NCBI GenBank assembly: GCA_041659445.1
Contig: JBAZYG010000001.1
Coordinates: 381,624 to 445,623, forward strand
Length of the DNA stretch: 64,000 bases
From: Candidatus Pacearchaeota archaeon
GTDB lineage: Archaea; Nanobdellota; Nanobdellia; Pacearchaeales; GW2011-AR1
Direction of reading: 5' to 3'
This document shows positions 29,148-38,223 of the stretch, in pieces. Under the pieces are notes generated by a model, which was not told where the DNA came from, did not search any database, and saw only the letters and a program-made list of their open reading frames with translations. The position numbers and the translations under genes were made by a program. Numbering within the stretch: position 1 is the stretch's first letter; each line of letters begins with the position of its first letter.

Positions 29148-29954
29148 ATGATTGTGAAAGAAGAATTTTTAAGCAGACTGAGAAAAATCTTTGATTTAAA
29201 TTTATACGAAGTAAAAGTTTGGGCAGCTTTGCTTTCAAGAGGAACTTCTACAGCTGGAGAACTAAGTAATATTTCTGATGTTCCAAGATCAAGAACTTAT
29301 GATATTTTAGAGAGTTTAGAAAAAAAAGGATTTATTGTAATGAAAGTTGGAAAACCAATTAAGTTTGTTGCATTAAAACCAGCAGAAGTTGTTGAAAGAG
29401 TTAAAAAAAATTTATTGGTTCAAGCTAAAGAAAGAACTCAAAGACTTGAAAAATTGAAGAACGATGAAGTTTTAGAAGAATTAAATTCTTTATTCACAAA
29501 AGGAGTTAAATTTGTTGAGCCTTCTGATTTATCTGGAAGTTTGAAAGGAAGACAAAATTTATACAATCATATGGATATGATGGTAAGAGATGCTGAAAAA
29601 ACAATTACACTTATTACAACTGCAGAAGGTTTGAATAGAAAACTTGAAGCTTTAATGCCAAGTTTAGATAAAGCTAAAAAAAGAGGAGTTAGAATAAGAA
29701 TTGCTGCTCCTATTGATAATAATAATTTAAAAGTTGCAAAAGAATTAAAAAAAGTTGCAGAAGTTAGAAATATGCAAAATATCAAAGCAAGATTTATGAT
29801 TATTGATAGTAATCAAGTTATGTTTATGCTTCTTGATGATGAAAAATTCCATCCAAATTATGATGTTGGAGTTTGGATTAATACTGATTTCTTTGCTCAA
29901 GCTTTAGAAAAAATGTTTGAACTTGCTTGGAAAGACATGAAACAAGTTAAGTAA
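29148..29954 (+). CDS. TrmB-family transcriptional regulator
   Basis: N-terminal winged HTH LYEVKVWAALLSRGTSTAGELSNISDVPRSRTYDILESLEKKGFI typical of archaeal TrmB; C-terminal effector-like domain. Confidence 0.7.
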   Translation: MIVKEEFLSRLRKIFDLNLYEVKVWAALLSRGTSTAGELSNISDVPRSRTYDILESLEKKGFIVMKVGKPIKFVALKPAEVVERVKKNLLVQAKERTQRLEKLKNDEVLEELNSLFTKGVKFVEPSDLSGSLKGRQNLYNHMDMMVRDAEKTITLITTAEGLNRKLEALMPSLDKAKKRGVRIRIAAPIDNNNLKVAKELKKVAEVRNMQNIKARFMIIDSNQVMFMLLDDEKFHPNYDVGVWINTDFFAQALEKMFELAWKDMKQVK

Positions 29955-29981
29955 TTTTAAATATTAATAAAAGGAGGTAAG

Positions 29982-30383
29982 ATGAAAAATAAATATATTC
30001 CAGTAGGTGTTAAAGTAATTTCTATTTTGTACTATATTGGAGTTGTGGGATTGGTTGCATTAGCAATTCTCTCATTTATTGGAACTAAAGCAATAGGATT
30101 AATTATGCCAGTACCAGAGCTTTTAACTTCAAGCATATTAATTGTAATGGGCATCATTTTCCTTGCATTTGCTGTTTTGAGTTTTTTTATAGGATATGGG
30201 TTATGGAAATCTCAAAAATGGGCTAGAATAGTTGCAATAATTTTTGCAATAATCGGAGTGATAATGTATATTATCTCACTTGTTGGACAATTTACTGTAT
30301 CACCTTTAATCATGCTAATAATTGATTCTGCAATTGCAGGATACCTTTTATTTGCTAAAGAAGTAAAAAAAGCATTTGCTTAA
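29982..30383 (+). CDS. hypothetical membrane protein (133 aa)
   Basis: Four TM helices. Confidence 0.4.
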   Translation: MKNKYIPVGVKVISILYYIGVVGLVALAILSFIGTKAIGLIMPVPELLTSSILIVMGIIFLAFAVLSFFIGYGLWKSQKWARIVAIIFAIIGVIMYIISLVGQFTVSPLIMLIIDSAIAGYLLFAKEVKKAFA

Positions 30384-30453
30384 ACTTCTTTTTAATTTTT
30401 TCTTATTTTTTCATTATAATAATTTTTATAAACTAACTAAATTATGAAAAGTT

Positions 30454-30777
30454 ATGAAAGACAAAAATTTTAAAGAAAATAATTTAATAGAAAAACTACC
30501 TATAAGAAATTTTATACTTCTTTTAGCTTCAATATCTTTTTATGGGTTGGCAATATTTTCTCAAAAAAAAGAATGCAAAGAAAATGAATTACAACAAATT
30601 AGTTCTAATCTTAATCATGTAAATTATGAAATGGATAGTTTAAAAAATTTAAAATTAAATTATCAAACAAATATAAACTCAGCAAATGTTTTTGGTGAAG
30701 AAATTGAAGCATGGAATTTAGAATTAAAAAAACTTCAAAATAAAAAAGATTCTTTAGAAAATTTAACTAGAAATTAA
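30454..30777 (+). CDS. hypothetical protein with an N-terminal TM and coiled coil (107 aa)
   Basis: Complete ORF; no motif recognised. Confidence 0.35.
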   Translation: MKDKNFKENNLIEKLPIRNFILLLASISFYGLAIFSQKKECKENELQQISSNLNHVNYEMDSLKNLKLNYQTNINSANVFGEEIEAWNLELKKLQNKKDSLENLTRN

Positions 30778-30825
30778 TTCTCTTAAATATAAATTCTTAT
30801 AAACTATAATTACTAAAATTATTTA

Positions 30826-31107
30826 ATGAAGGAAATAAGTCTTAAAGAAGCTCAAGAAAAAGAATTTAAATTATTGTGCACAGATTCTTTTAACGCGGAT
30901 TATTTGGAAGAAAATGGGGAAGAAAAAGCTTTAACTTTAGAACATCCGAATGCAACACATTACACTTTTTCAGGACAGGAGATTTTTGAAGATAAAAAAA
31001 TCATAGGAAGAAGAATGGAAAAAATAGGTAGAACTACTGTATTTGTTCCAAAATGGGAATACGAATTAAAAGAAAGAAATTATTATTTAATTTGGTCTGA
31101 ACATTAA
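30826..31107 (+). CDS. hypothetical protein (93 aa)
   Basis: Complete ORF; no motif recognised. Confidence 0.35.
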   Translation: MKEISLKEAQEKEFKLLCTDSFNADYLEENGEEKALTLEHPNATHYTFSGQEIFEDKKIIGRRMEKIGRTTVFVPKWEYELKERNYYLIWSEH

Positions 31108-31168
31108 TTCTTTTATCTAGTTGATTTATGTGATTAAAATATAGGTAATTAATCATCTTGAAAAATAA

Positions 31169-31753
31169 CTAAAGAATTTGCCCATTAAAATTAGAATTAA
31201 AATCTTTAACAATTTGATTATCTTCATCAAAAAAATCAACTATAATAATTGCTTTTTCATAAGCACGATAATACCTTTTATCAGTAACTTTCACATAATT
31301 TACTTTGGATGCAACAAACCTCACTTGCCGATCATTATCGTCTTCAAAAAGTCCGCCTTCTTTTAGGGAATCAATTATGTTCTTTGTATAGTTATCTACA
31401 TCCCTATCTTTGTGGGTATTAACTAAAAGATATTTTATTAAAATTTGTATTGGTTTGTTTTTTATTTCTTCGCAGATTGATTTTGTATTTTTTGATTTTT
31501 TTAATTTATCAACAATTATTTTTCTCATTCTCTTTCCTGCTTTTGTTTGAAAACTTGCAGGATATGCATCTGGCATTAACCACCAAAGGTGTTTCCCCTT
31601 TGGACAAGAATCAAAAGAATCTTTATGTATTATTGAAATTCCTCTTGAAGAAACTCCTTTTTTGAGGATATTCATCTTAACTTTTTCACTTCTTCTTTTT
31701 GGAATTTTTACATTGGGAAAATTACTCATAACTAATTCTCTCATAGTTACCAT
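31169..31753 (-). CDS. RusA-like Holliday-junction resolvase (phage-type endodeoxyribonuclease)
   Basis: THKDRDVDNYTKNIIDSLKEGGLFEDDNDRQV parallels the RusA core [31 protein letters not shown] (D-x-D-N...K...D...DD.QV); start is 1 nt after the upstream HNH gene stop. Confidence 0.55.
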   Translation of the reverse strand: MVTMRELVMSNFPNVKIPKRRSEKVKMNILKKGVSSRGISIIHKDSFDSCPKGKHLWWLMPDAYPASFQTKAGKRMRKIIVDKLKKSKNTKSICEEIKNKPIQILIKYLLVNTHKDRDVDNYTKNIIDSLKEGGLFEDDNDRQVRFVASKVNYVKVTDKRYYRAYEKAIIIVDFFDEDNQIVKDFNSNFNGQIL

Positions 31754-31754
31754 T

Positions 31755-32441
31755 TTATCTAATTTTCATGTGTGTTTTTTTGTGACAAACCCCACAGAGA
31801 ACGACTAAATTATTCACTTGATTATTTGAAGAATCTTCATCTTTATGATGAATGTGAAGACCTTCTGTTTTCCCACAAACAGCACATTCATTATTAAATT
31901 TGCCAAAGACCATTTCCTTTTCATCATTTGTTAAAAATTTTCTTTTAGCCTTAACTTTCCCATAAATCTTTTTCTCAGCTTCTTCTCTTATTTTTCTTTT
32001 TTCTTGTCTTTCCAAAATTTTATTTGATTCTATTTTTATAAGTTCATCACTTACAAGTTCATTTATTGCTTTTTCAATATTATAATCTTTATTTATTACC
32101 TTCTTTATCACATTTTCTTTATTAAAATAGGAAATTCTTTGCTTAGATCTTTTTAGCTTCAAATATTCTTTTGCCTTAACAACTAATTGTTCTGGAGCAA
32201 ATTTATCTTCTTGATGCCAATCTAAATGAGGCTCTTTTGATTCATTAGAAAGTTTGATGTAATTAATTATCTCTTTAATTGCTTTCATTTCTTTTTTACT
32301 TCTTTGGTTTCTTTCTTTTATTTCTATTTCTTTTAAATAACAAGATTTGCATTTACCAGAAAACATATAACTATACTCTTCAAACTTTGTATAACATACT
32401 GAACAATTATAAAACCCCATTAAATAAAAAAGAAAGAACAA
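31755..32441 (-). CDS. zinc-ribbon plus HNH endonuclease protein
   Basis: N-terminal CSVCYTKF...CKSCY (Cys4 ribbon); C-terminal CAVCGKTEGLHIHHKDEDSSNNQVNNLVVLCGVCHKKTH (HNH with a Cys4 zinc site); K/E-rich middle. Confidence 0.6.
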   Translation of the reverse strand: MFFLFYLMGFYNCSVCYTKFEEYSYMFSGKCKSCYLKEIEIKERNQRSKKEMKAIKEIINYIKLSNESKEPHLDWHQEDKFAPEQLVVKAKEYLKLKRSKQRISYFNKENVIKKVINKDYNIEKAINELVSDELIKIESNKILERQEKRKIREEAEKKIYGKVKAKRKFLTNDEKEMVFGKFNNECAVCGKTEGLHIHHKDEDSSNNQVNNLVVLCGVCHKKTHMKIR

Positions 32442-32483
32442 TATTTAATATTTTCTAATTTGTAAAAAATCCAATAATTAGAA

Positions 32484-34196
32484 TCACATTTCTTCTAAAA
32501 CATCAATTCCAATTAAATAAAGTCCAGATTTTATTACATCCCTAAAAGTTTTAACAATATTCAATCTGAAAAACTCTTTATCTGAACCAATAACAGGACA
32601 AGCATGATAAAATTCATTAAACAATTGAGATAATTCATAAACATAATTTGAGATTAAACTTGGATTTAAATCATTTGCAGATTTTGAGATTATCAACGGA
32701 AATTCAGACATTTTTTTTATGACAAGAAATTCATTTGGTTCAATTTTATCAATTTCTTTTTTTGCATTTTGTTCGATTTTTGCTTTTTTCAAAATTGAAC
32801 TTGCACGAGCATAAGAATACTGAATGTATGGTCCTGTATCTCCTTCAAAATTTATTGAATTTTTTGGGTCAAAAACCATATTTTTTCGAATATCTGTTTT
32901 AAGCAGAATATATTTTATTGCTGCTAAAGAAATTATTAAACTTCTTTTTTCAAGTTGAACATTTGAAAGTTTTGCCCTTTCAATTAATTCTTTTTTAACA
33001 AGATTCTGAACTTTTTCAATTAAATCATCTGCGTCAACAACTGTTCCTTCACGAGATTTCATTTTTCCTTCTGGCAAAAAAACCATTCCATAAGAAAGGT
33101 GATTTAATTTATCTTTTGATGTAATTCCTAATTTTTCAAGTAATTCAAAAAGAACATTAAAATGATAATCTTGTTCGTTTCCAACAACATAAATTAATTC
33201 GTCTAGTTTATATTTTTCAAAACGAGATTTTGCTAAATACAAATCCTGAGTAATATAAATTGAAGTTCCGTCTGCTCTTAACAAAACTTTTTCTCCTAAA
33301 TTCTTTTTTCGCAAATCATAAATAATTGCTCCTGATTTGTCTTTTTTAAATATTCCTTTGTTCAACCCATCAAAAACAATTTCTTTACCTTTTTTGTAAA
33401 TTTTACTTTCATAATCTTCAACTTGATGTTTAATTCCAAATTTAGAATAAGTTTTTTCAAAACCTTTTAATGCCCAGTTATTCATTTTTTTCCAAAGAGC
33501 CAATGTTTTTTTATCTCCTTCTTCATATTTTTGTAAAAGTCGATGAGATAAAATTTCTAAATCATTATCTGTTTTTGATTTTTCATTGAACTTAACATAA
33601 AACTCTCCAACAAAATGATCTCCTTTTATTTTTCCTGGGACCTTATTTTTTCCAAACTTAGAATATGCAGCCATTGATTTACAAATGTGAATTCCTCTAT
33701 CATTGTTTAAATTTGCCCTTATTACTTTATATCCTGAAAATTCTAAAATTCTTGAAACACTTTCTCCAATTGCCATATTTCTTAAATGTCCCAAATGTAA
33801 CGGCTTGTTTGTATTTGGAGAAGGAAATTCAACCATTATTGTTTTTTTGTCTTTTTCAGTATTCAAAATCTTTCCAAATTTTTCTTTTTTTTGTAAAATT
33901 CCTTGAAGAAAATTGAAAGAAAAATTTAATTTATTCACGAAAAAATTAATATATGGTCCAACTGCTTGGATATCTTCAAAAATATTTTTATCAAATTCAA
34001 TTTTTTGTCTTACATTAACTGCAATTTCATGAGGAGCAGTTTTCAGAATTTTTGCAAGAAAAAAACAAGGAAATGCATAATCACCTAATTCATAATTTTT
34101 TGGAATTTCAATAATTTCTTCAATTTCAGAATCTTTTAATTTTAAATCTAATTCCTTAAATGCATTTTGAAGAATTTTTACAACCTCTGATTTCAT
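32484..34196 (-). CDS. argS: arginyl-tRNA synthetase
   Basis: EFPSPNTNKPLHLGHLRNMAIGESVSRILEFSGYKV (ArgRS HIGH region), N-terminal Add-1-type domain, C-terminal anticodon-binding DALR-like region; 570 aa. Confidence 0.85.
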   Translation of the reverse strand: MKSEVVKILQNAFKELDLKLKDSEIEEIIEIPKNYELGDYAFPCFFLAKILKTAPHEIAVNVRQKIEFDKNIFEDIQAVGPYINFFVNKLNFSFNFLQGILQKKEKFGKILNTEKDKKTIMVEFPSPNTNKPLHLGHLRNMAIGESVSRILEFSGYKVIRANLNNDRGIHICKSMAAYSKFGKNKVPGKIKGDHFVGEFYVKFNEKSKTDNDLEILSHRLLQKYEEGDKKTLALWKKMNNWALKGFEKTYSKFGIKHQVEDYESKIYKKGKEIVFDGLNKGIFKKDKSGAIIYDLRKKNLGEKVLLRADGTSIYITQDLYLAKSRFEKYKLDELIYVVGNEQDYHFNVLFELLEKLGITSKDKLNHLSYGMVFLPEGKMKSREGTVVDADDLIEKVQNLVKKELIERAKLSNVQLEKRSLIISLAAIKYILLKTDIRKNMVFDPKNSINFEGDTGPYIQYSYARASSILKKAKIEQNAKKEIDKIEPNEFLVIKKMSEFPLIISKSANDLNPSLISNYVYELSQLFNEFYHACPVIGSDKEFFRLNIVKTFRDVIKSGLYLIGIDVLEEM

Positions 34197-34292
34197 GTCT
34201 TTATTAAGAAAATTGCATTAATAAAATTTGGGGTTTGAATATATCCTTTGAAGTGCACTTAATTTTAAAAAGAATTAAATTTTAAAAAAAAG

Positions 34293-34589
34293 ATGACATA
34301 TAGCTATAAAACATTAGCAGAAAGATTATTGCAAGGAAAAATAATAACATTAAGCTACGAGAAATACAATGATGGAACAAAAGAAAATCCAGATATTTTA
34401 ATTAACAGACTTTGTGCAAGTATAGAAGAAACCAAAGATAAAAAAAATAAAGATTTGGTTGTTTTTTTAAATAAAGAAGATGAAGAAGAGATAAATGAAA
34501 CTTATGAAATTTACCGAATGCCTTTCATAAAAGACTTAGAAAAATTAGTTTATATTTTAAAAGAAACCAGAAAACAATCACATCTTTAA
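34293..34589 (+). CDS. hypothetical protein (98 aa)
   Basis: Complete ORF; no motif recognised. Confidence 0.35.
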   Translation: MTYSYKTLAERLLQGKIITLSYEKYNDGTKENPDILINRLCASIEETKDKKNKDLVVFLNKEDEEEINETYEIYRMPFIKDLEKLVYILKETRKQSHL

Positions 34590-34600
34590 TAATTAATTAA

Positions 34601-35338
34601 TTAATTTTTTGCTTTTACATATGAAATTCTATGTTGAGAGTTGTTAGCGGGATTTTTATGATAAATTCCTTTAACTAAAAAATGAATTCCTGTTTCACTT
34701 AATTCAACATTTAATGAATCTCTTGACAATGGAAAGTAACTAAATAATTGTTCTTTAACTTCATCAACAGTCAAAGAGGCTCTCAAAGAATTATAAAGAT
34801 CTTCTTTTAAATTATAACTTGCATTTCCAACAAGTTCATGAATAATTTTTTTTGCTTTTTCTTCTGTTTCTGGCCTTATCCAATCCATATGATAAAGAAC
34901 TGTTCCATCTTTTGCAGAGTTTTGAATGAATCTCCAAAGTTTAGTTGGATCTTTTAAATCATGAATAAACTCTTTTGAAATTACTGCATCGAATTTTTCT
35001 CCATCAAAAGGAAAATCTTGCATTTTAGACTCATAAAAAGAAAGTTTTTTTGAAAGATCTATTCCTTCTCCTCTATAAAAATCAATCATCTTTCGTTTTG
35101 CAAGATTTATCATTTCTGGTGAGCTATCTAAAGCCTGAATAACAAAATTAGGATTTTTAGAGATTAAATTAATATCAGTTTCTCCTGAACCACAACCGAT
35201 GTCTAATAAATTTTTAACTTTTGAAAATTCTTTGACAAACCCAGATTCAAAAATATTATTAAAAGATAATTTATAAGAATTGTATTCTTCAATTATCTCT
35301 GGTTTTTTTATTAATTCTTTTCCAAATATTCTTTGCAT
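34601..35338 (-). CDS. SAM-dependent methyltransferase (class I Rossmann fold)
   Basis: Motif I LLDIGCGSGETD, acidic motif II ALDSS, motif IV-like FDAVISKEFIHD. Confidence 0.65.
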   Translation of the reverse strand: MQRIFGKELIKKPEIIEEYNSYKLSFNNIFESGFVKEFSKVKNLLDIGCGSGETDINLISKNPNFVIQALDSSPEMINLAKRKMIDFYRGEGIDLSKKLSFYESKMQDFPFDGEKFDAVISKEFIHDLKDPTKLWRFIQNSAKDGTVLYHMDWIRPETEEKAKKIIHELVGNASYNLKEDLYNSLRASLTVDEVKEQLFSYFPLSRDSLNVELSETGIHFLVKGIYHKNPANNSQHRISYVKAKN

Positions 35339-35454
35339 TTTTTAACAAGAAATAAAGGGTTTATAAAAATTATTGTGATGAAATTACTGCAATAAAACTT
35401 CTTTATTTTTCAATTCTAAAGAACATTTATAAAAAACAAGTTCCTCTATAAAAT

Positions 35455-36369
35455 ATGACAAAAAAATACGATGTAATAATTGTTGGAGCAGGACCTGGAG
35501 GAATTACTGCTGCAGTTTATTGTTTTAGATATAATCTCAAAACACTTGTTATCGGAGAATTACCTGGAGGATATGTTGGATTAACTCACAAAATTTGCAA
35601 TGTTCCAGGAGACCAAGGAGTTTCAGGGCCAGAATTAGCTAAGAAAATGATAAATCATCTTCAAAATATCGACGTTGATTTCAAACAAGAAACTGTTCAA
35701 AGCATTTCTGGAAAAAATGGAAATTTCAAAGTAAAAACAAACAAAACAGAATATCTTGGAAAAAAAATAATTATTGCAACAGGAACAGAACATAGAAAAC
35801 TGGGTTTAAAAGAAGAAGAAAAATTCTTTGGAAAAGGAATAAGTTATTGTGCAACTTGCGACGCTGGATTTTATAAAGACAAAATTGCAGGTGTTGTTGG
35901 TGGAGGAAATTCTGCTTTAACTGCAGCAATATTGTTAAGTAAATATGCTAAAGAAATATTTTTGATTTATCGAGGAAATTCATTTTCAAAAGGAGAACCA
36001 AGATGGGTTAAAGAAGTTGAAGAAAATCCCAAAATAAAAATATTATTCAATAGCGAAGTAAAAGAAATAAAAGGAAAAGAAAAATTTGAAGGAGTTGAAA
36101 TAATCACTAAAGGAAAGAAAAAAGAATTAAAATTAGACGGAGTATTCATTGAAATTGGTTCTGTACCAAATATAAAACTTGCTGAAGAATTAAATTTAAA
36201 ATTAGAAAATTTGAGCATAAAAGTTGACAAAGAAAAAAGAACAAATGTCAAGGGAGTTTATGCTATTGGAGATGTAACTGACACTCCATTCAAACAAATT
36301 TTAACTGCTCAAGCTGATGGTGCTATTGCTGCAAATTCTGCATACATAGATTTAGGGATGGAAAAATAA
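35455..36369 (+). CDS. trxB: thioredoxin reductase (FAD/NAD(P)-binding)
   Basis: YDVIIVGAGPGGITAA (FAD GxGxxG), redox-active CATCDA, second Rossmann VVGGGNSALTAA, C-terminal GDVTD flavin motif. Confidence 0.8.
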   Translation: MTKKYDVIIVGAGPGGITAAVYCFRYNLKTLVIGELPGGYVGLTHKICNVPGDQGVSGPELAKKMINHLQNIDVDFKQETVQSISGKNGNFKVKTNKTEYLGKKIIIATGTEHRKLGLKEEEKFFGKGISYCATCDAGFYKDKIAGVVGGGNSALTAAILLSKYAKEIFLIYRGNSFSKGEPRWVKEVEENPKIKILFNSEVKEIKGKEKFEGVEIITKGKKKELKLDGVFIEIGSVPNIKLAEELNLKLENLSIKVDKEKRTNVKGVYAIGDVTDTPFKQILTAQADGAIAANSAYIDLGMEK

Positions 36370-36422
36370 ATTATATTTTCAAGAATATATATCTTTAAAA
36401 ATTCATTAAATTCTTTAAATGG

Positions 36423-36731
36423 ATGAACAACATTGATGAATTTTTGGAAGATGGTTTTAAAATAAGAGAATATGAAAACAATTTATCAAAAATTATATCT
36501 GAAATAAAAAGAGAATGTGAAGTTCAAAAAGAAGAAGATTTTGATTACAAAGAGCATATAGAAATATCTGTTAACGTCTTAAAAACATTTCTAGAAGGAT
36601 ATAAAAAATTAATAGAAAAATATCCTGATTCAAAATTTATTAAAAATAGAAAAAAATATTTATATTTTTTTGCAAAGAAAAACTTACCTAAAGAAGTATA
36701 TAAAGAGGTTTATGAAAATGAACAACATTGA
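36423..36731 (+). CDS. small protein, copy 1 of a tandemly triplicated family (starts MNNIDE, ends YENEQH)
   Basis: 102 aa; paralogous to the next two genes along its length. Confidence 0.5.
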   Translation: MNNIDEFLEDGFKIREYENNLSKIISEIKRECEVQKEEDFDYKEHIEISVNVLKTFLEGYKKLIEKYPDSKFIKNRKKYLYFFAKKNLPKEVYKEVYENEQH

Positions 36732-37014
36732 TGAAATCTTAGAGGATGGTAGAAAAATTTATTTATTGATGGAAAATTCATTATATTTTGCTGAATTAAT
36801 AATGAATGAAAGGAAATATATTGAAATTCTTCCTAAGGAAAAAGAAGGTTATAGAATGACCTTAAAAAATAACTGGAAAAGATTTCAGGAATTTTCAGAA
36901 AAATACCCTAATTCTGAATTTGTTAAGGAAACAGTTGAAAGAATTCTTAATTCAGCGAAAGAAGATTTACCAGAAGAAGTATACAAGGAGATTTATGAAA
37001 ATGAACAACATTGA
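36718..37014 (+). CDS. small protein, copy 2 of the triplicated family; start trimmed to MNNIDE
   Basis: Track ORF 36670..37014 begins in the upstream copy; the nucleotide string tatgaaaatgaacaacattgatgaa encodes both YENEQH* of copy 1 and (MK)MNNIDE of copy 2 in shifted frames. Confidence 0.5.
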   Translation: MNNIDEILEDGRKIYLLMENSLYFAELIMNERKYIEILPKEKEGYRMTLKNNWKRFQEFSEKYPNSEFVKETVERILNSAKEDLPEEVYKEIYENEQH

Positions 37015-37291
37015 TGAAATCTTGAAAGATGGAATTAGTGCTCATTATATTGGAAGGGATTCTTTAGAAGATATTTCAAAAATAAGAGAATACTCAAAAT
37101 TTCCAGATAAATTATGGAAAATCGGAGATTACAAAAAAAGATTAGTTAGTTATTGGAAAGGTTTGCAAGATTTAGCTAAAAAATACCCAGATTCTGAAGT
37201 TATTAAAGAACAAACTGAAATAATTCTTAACTCGGCAAAAGAATATCTACCCGAAAATATATATAAAGAAATTTATGAATCAGAAAAATAA
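37001..37291 (+). CDS. small protein, copy 3 of the triplicated family; start trimmed to MNNIDE
   Basis: Same overlap architecture with copy 2; C-terminus diverged (YESEK). Confidence 0.5.
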   Translation: MNNIDEILKDGISAHYIGRDSLEDISKIREYSKFPDKLWKIGDYKKRLVSYWKGLQDLAKKYPDSEVIKEQTEIILNSAKEYLPENIYKEIYESEK

Positions 37292-37330
37292 ATTCAAAAC
37301 ATTTATTAATAGACATTTTCTAAAAACATC

Positions 37331-37555
37331 ATGGCAAAAATAAACGACGATAAGTTAGAGAATGCGTTGAATAAAGAAAAAACAGAACAACCAAGAATGT
37401 CAAAAGAAATGGAAATTGGCTTTCATCAAGGAGCTGTAACAACTCTTGTAAATGAAAGAAATGAATTTATAAAAATAGTTGGAAATGTAGACGCTATTAT
37501 TTCAGCACATTTGAAAAGACTTGAAGAACTTGGTGTTAAAATTAACAAGCAATAA
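37331..37555 (+). CDS. hypothetical small protein (74 aa)
   Basis: Complete ORF; no motif recognised. Confidence 0.35.
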   Translation: MAKINDDKLENALNKEKTEQPRMSKEMEIGFHQGAVTTLVNERNEFIKIVGNVDAIISAHLKRLEELGVKINKQ

Positions 37556-37599
37556 TTCACCACAATAATTTTTATAAATAGAATTTTTCTTATTTTTAA

Positions 37600-37920
37600 A
37601 TGAGTTTAGAAAACATTCAAAAAGATGTAGACGAATGGTGTTCTCAATTTGACCCGCCTTATTTCAATGCCTTGAAACAATTAGACAAACTAAGAGAAGA
37701 AACAGAAGAAGTTGGTGAAATTTTAGAAAAAGTATGTGGAACAAATAAAGAAGAATATGAAAATTATAAAAAAGATTTAGGTGGAGAACTAGCAGATGTC
37801 CTTTTTGTTGTAGCTTGTATTGCGAACAGAGAAAAGATAAATCTTCAAAAAGAATGGAAGATAATGATGAAAGAAAGAAGATATGGAAGAGATAATAATC
37901 GGTTTAAAAGAAAACAATAA
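37600..37920 (+). CDS. MazG-like nucleoside triphosphate pyrophosphohydrolase (all-alpha NTP-PPase)
   Basis: LREETEEVGEILEK ... LGGELADVLFVVACIA matches the MazG/HisE-type EExxE...ELxDxL pattern; 106 aa. Confidence 0.55.
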   Translation: MSLENIQKDVDEWCSQFDPPYFNALKQLDKLREETEEVGEILEKVCGTNKEEYENYKKDLGGELADVLFVVACIANREKINLQKEWKIMMKERRYGRDNNRFKRKQ

Positions 37921-37960
37921 TTCTTATAATTTTTATTTTAGATAAGTTTTTAAGTTCATA

Positions 37961-37980
37961 TTTATTTGAAAATTTATAAT
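37961..37980 (+). promoter_or_regulatory. putative archaeal TATA/BRE-like element upstream of tRNA-Leu
   Basis: tttatttgaaaatttataat lies about 12-30 nt upstream of the tRNA 5' end; weak because AT-rich sequence is everywhere. Confidence 0.25.
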
Positions 37981-37991
37981 TTGCAATTTAT

Positions 37992-38075
37992 GCGGGGGTG
38001 CCGGAGTGGTCAAACGGGCTGGACTTAAGATCCAGTAGCTTAGTGCTTGCGCAGGTCCGAATCCTGTCCCTCGCA
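37992..38075 (+). tRNA. tRNA-Leu (anticodon TAA), type II
   Basis: Acceptor GCGGGGG/CCCTCGC, anticodon stem CTGGA/TCCAG with loop CTTAAGA, long variable arm TAGCTTAGTGCTTGC, T-arm GCAGG-TCCGAAT-CCTGT, discriminator A. Confidence 0.8.
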
Positions 38076-38123
38076 TTTTGATAGGATGAGAACCAAGCCT
38101 AAAAAAATATTTAGATTTTTGCC

Positions 38124-38150
38124 CGCAGGTCCGAATCCTGTCCCTCGCAT
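38124..38150 (+). repeat. 27-nt perfect direct repeat of the tRNA-Leu 3' end (T-arm plus acceptor 3' strand)
   Basis: cgcaggtccgaatcctgtccctcgcat occurs at 38050..38076 (inside the tRNA) and again at 38124..38150, 47 bp downstream. Confidence 0.75.
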
Positions 38151-38151
38151 A

Positions 38152-38223
38152 GCCATTACGCATAGGCTTCGCGAGACACTGAATGAAAAAGCCATTACCC
38201 ATAGGCTTCGCGAGACACTGAAT
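38152..38223 (+). repeat. tandem repeat, 2 x 33 nt separated by gaaaaa (one mismatch)
   Basis: gccattacGcataggcttcgcgagacactgaat / gccattacCcataggcttcgcgagacactgaat; contains the palindromic core tcgcga; followed by two copies of aattgcctctg at about 38237 and 38295. Confidence 0.7.

Noticed and set aside
38152-38223. Possible CRISPR array
   Set aside because: Only two 33-nt repeat copies with a 6-nt spacer; no regular repeat-spacer architecture anywhere in the window and no cas genes
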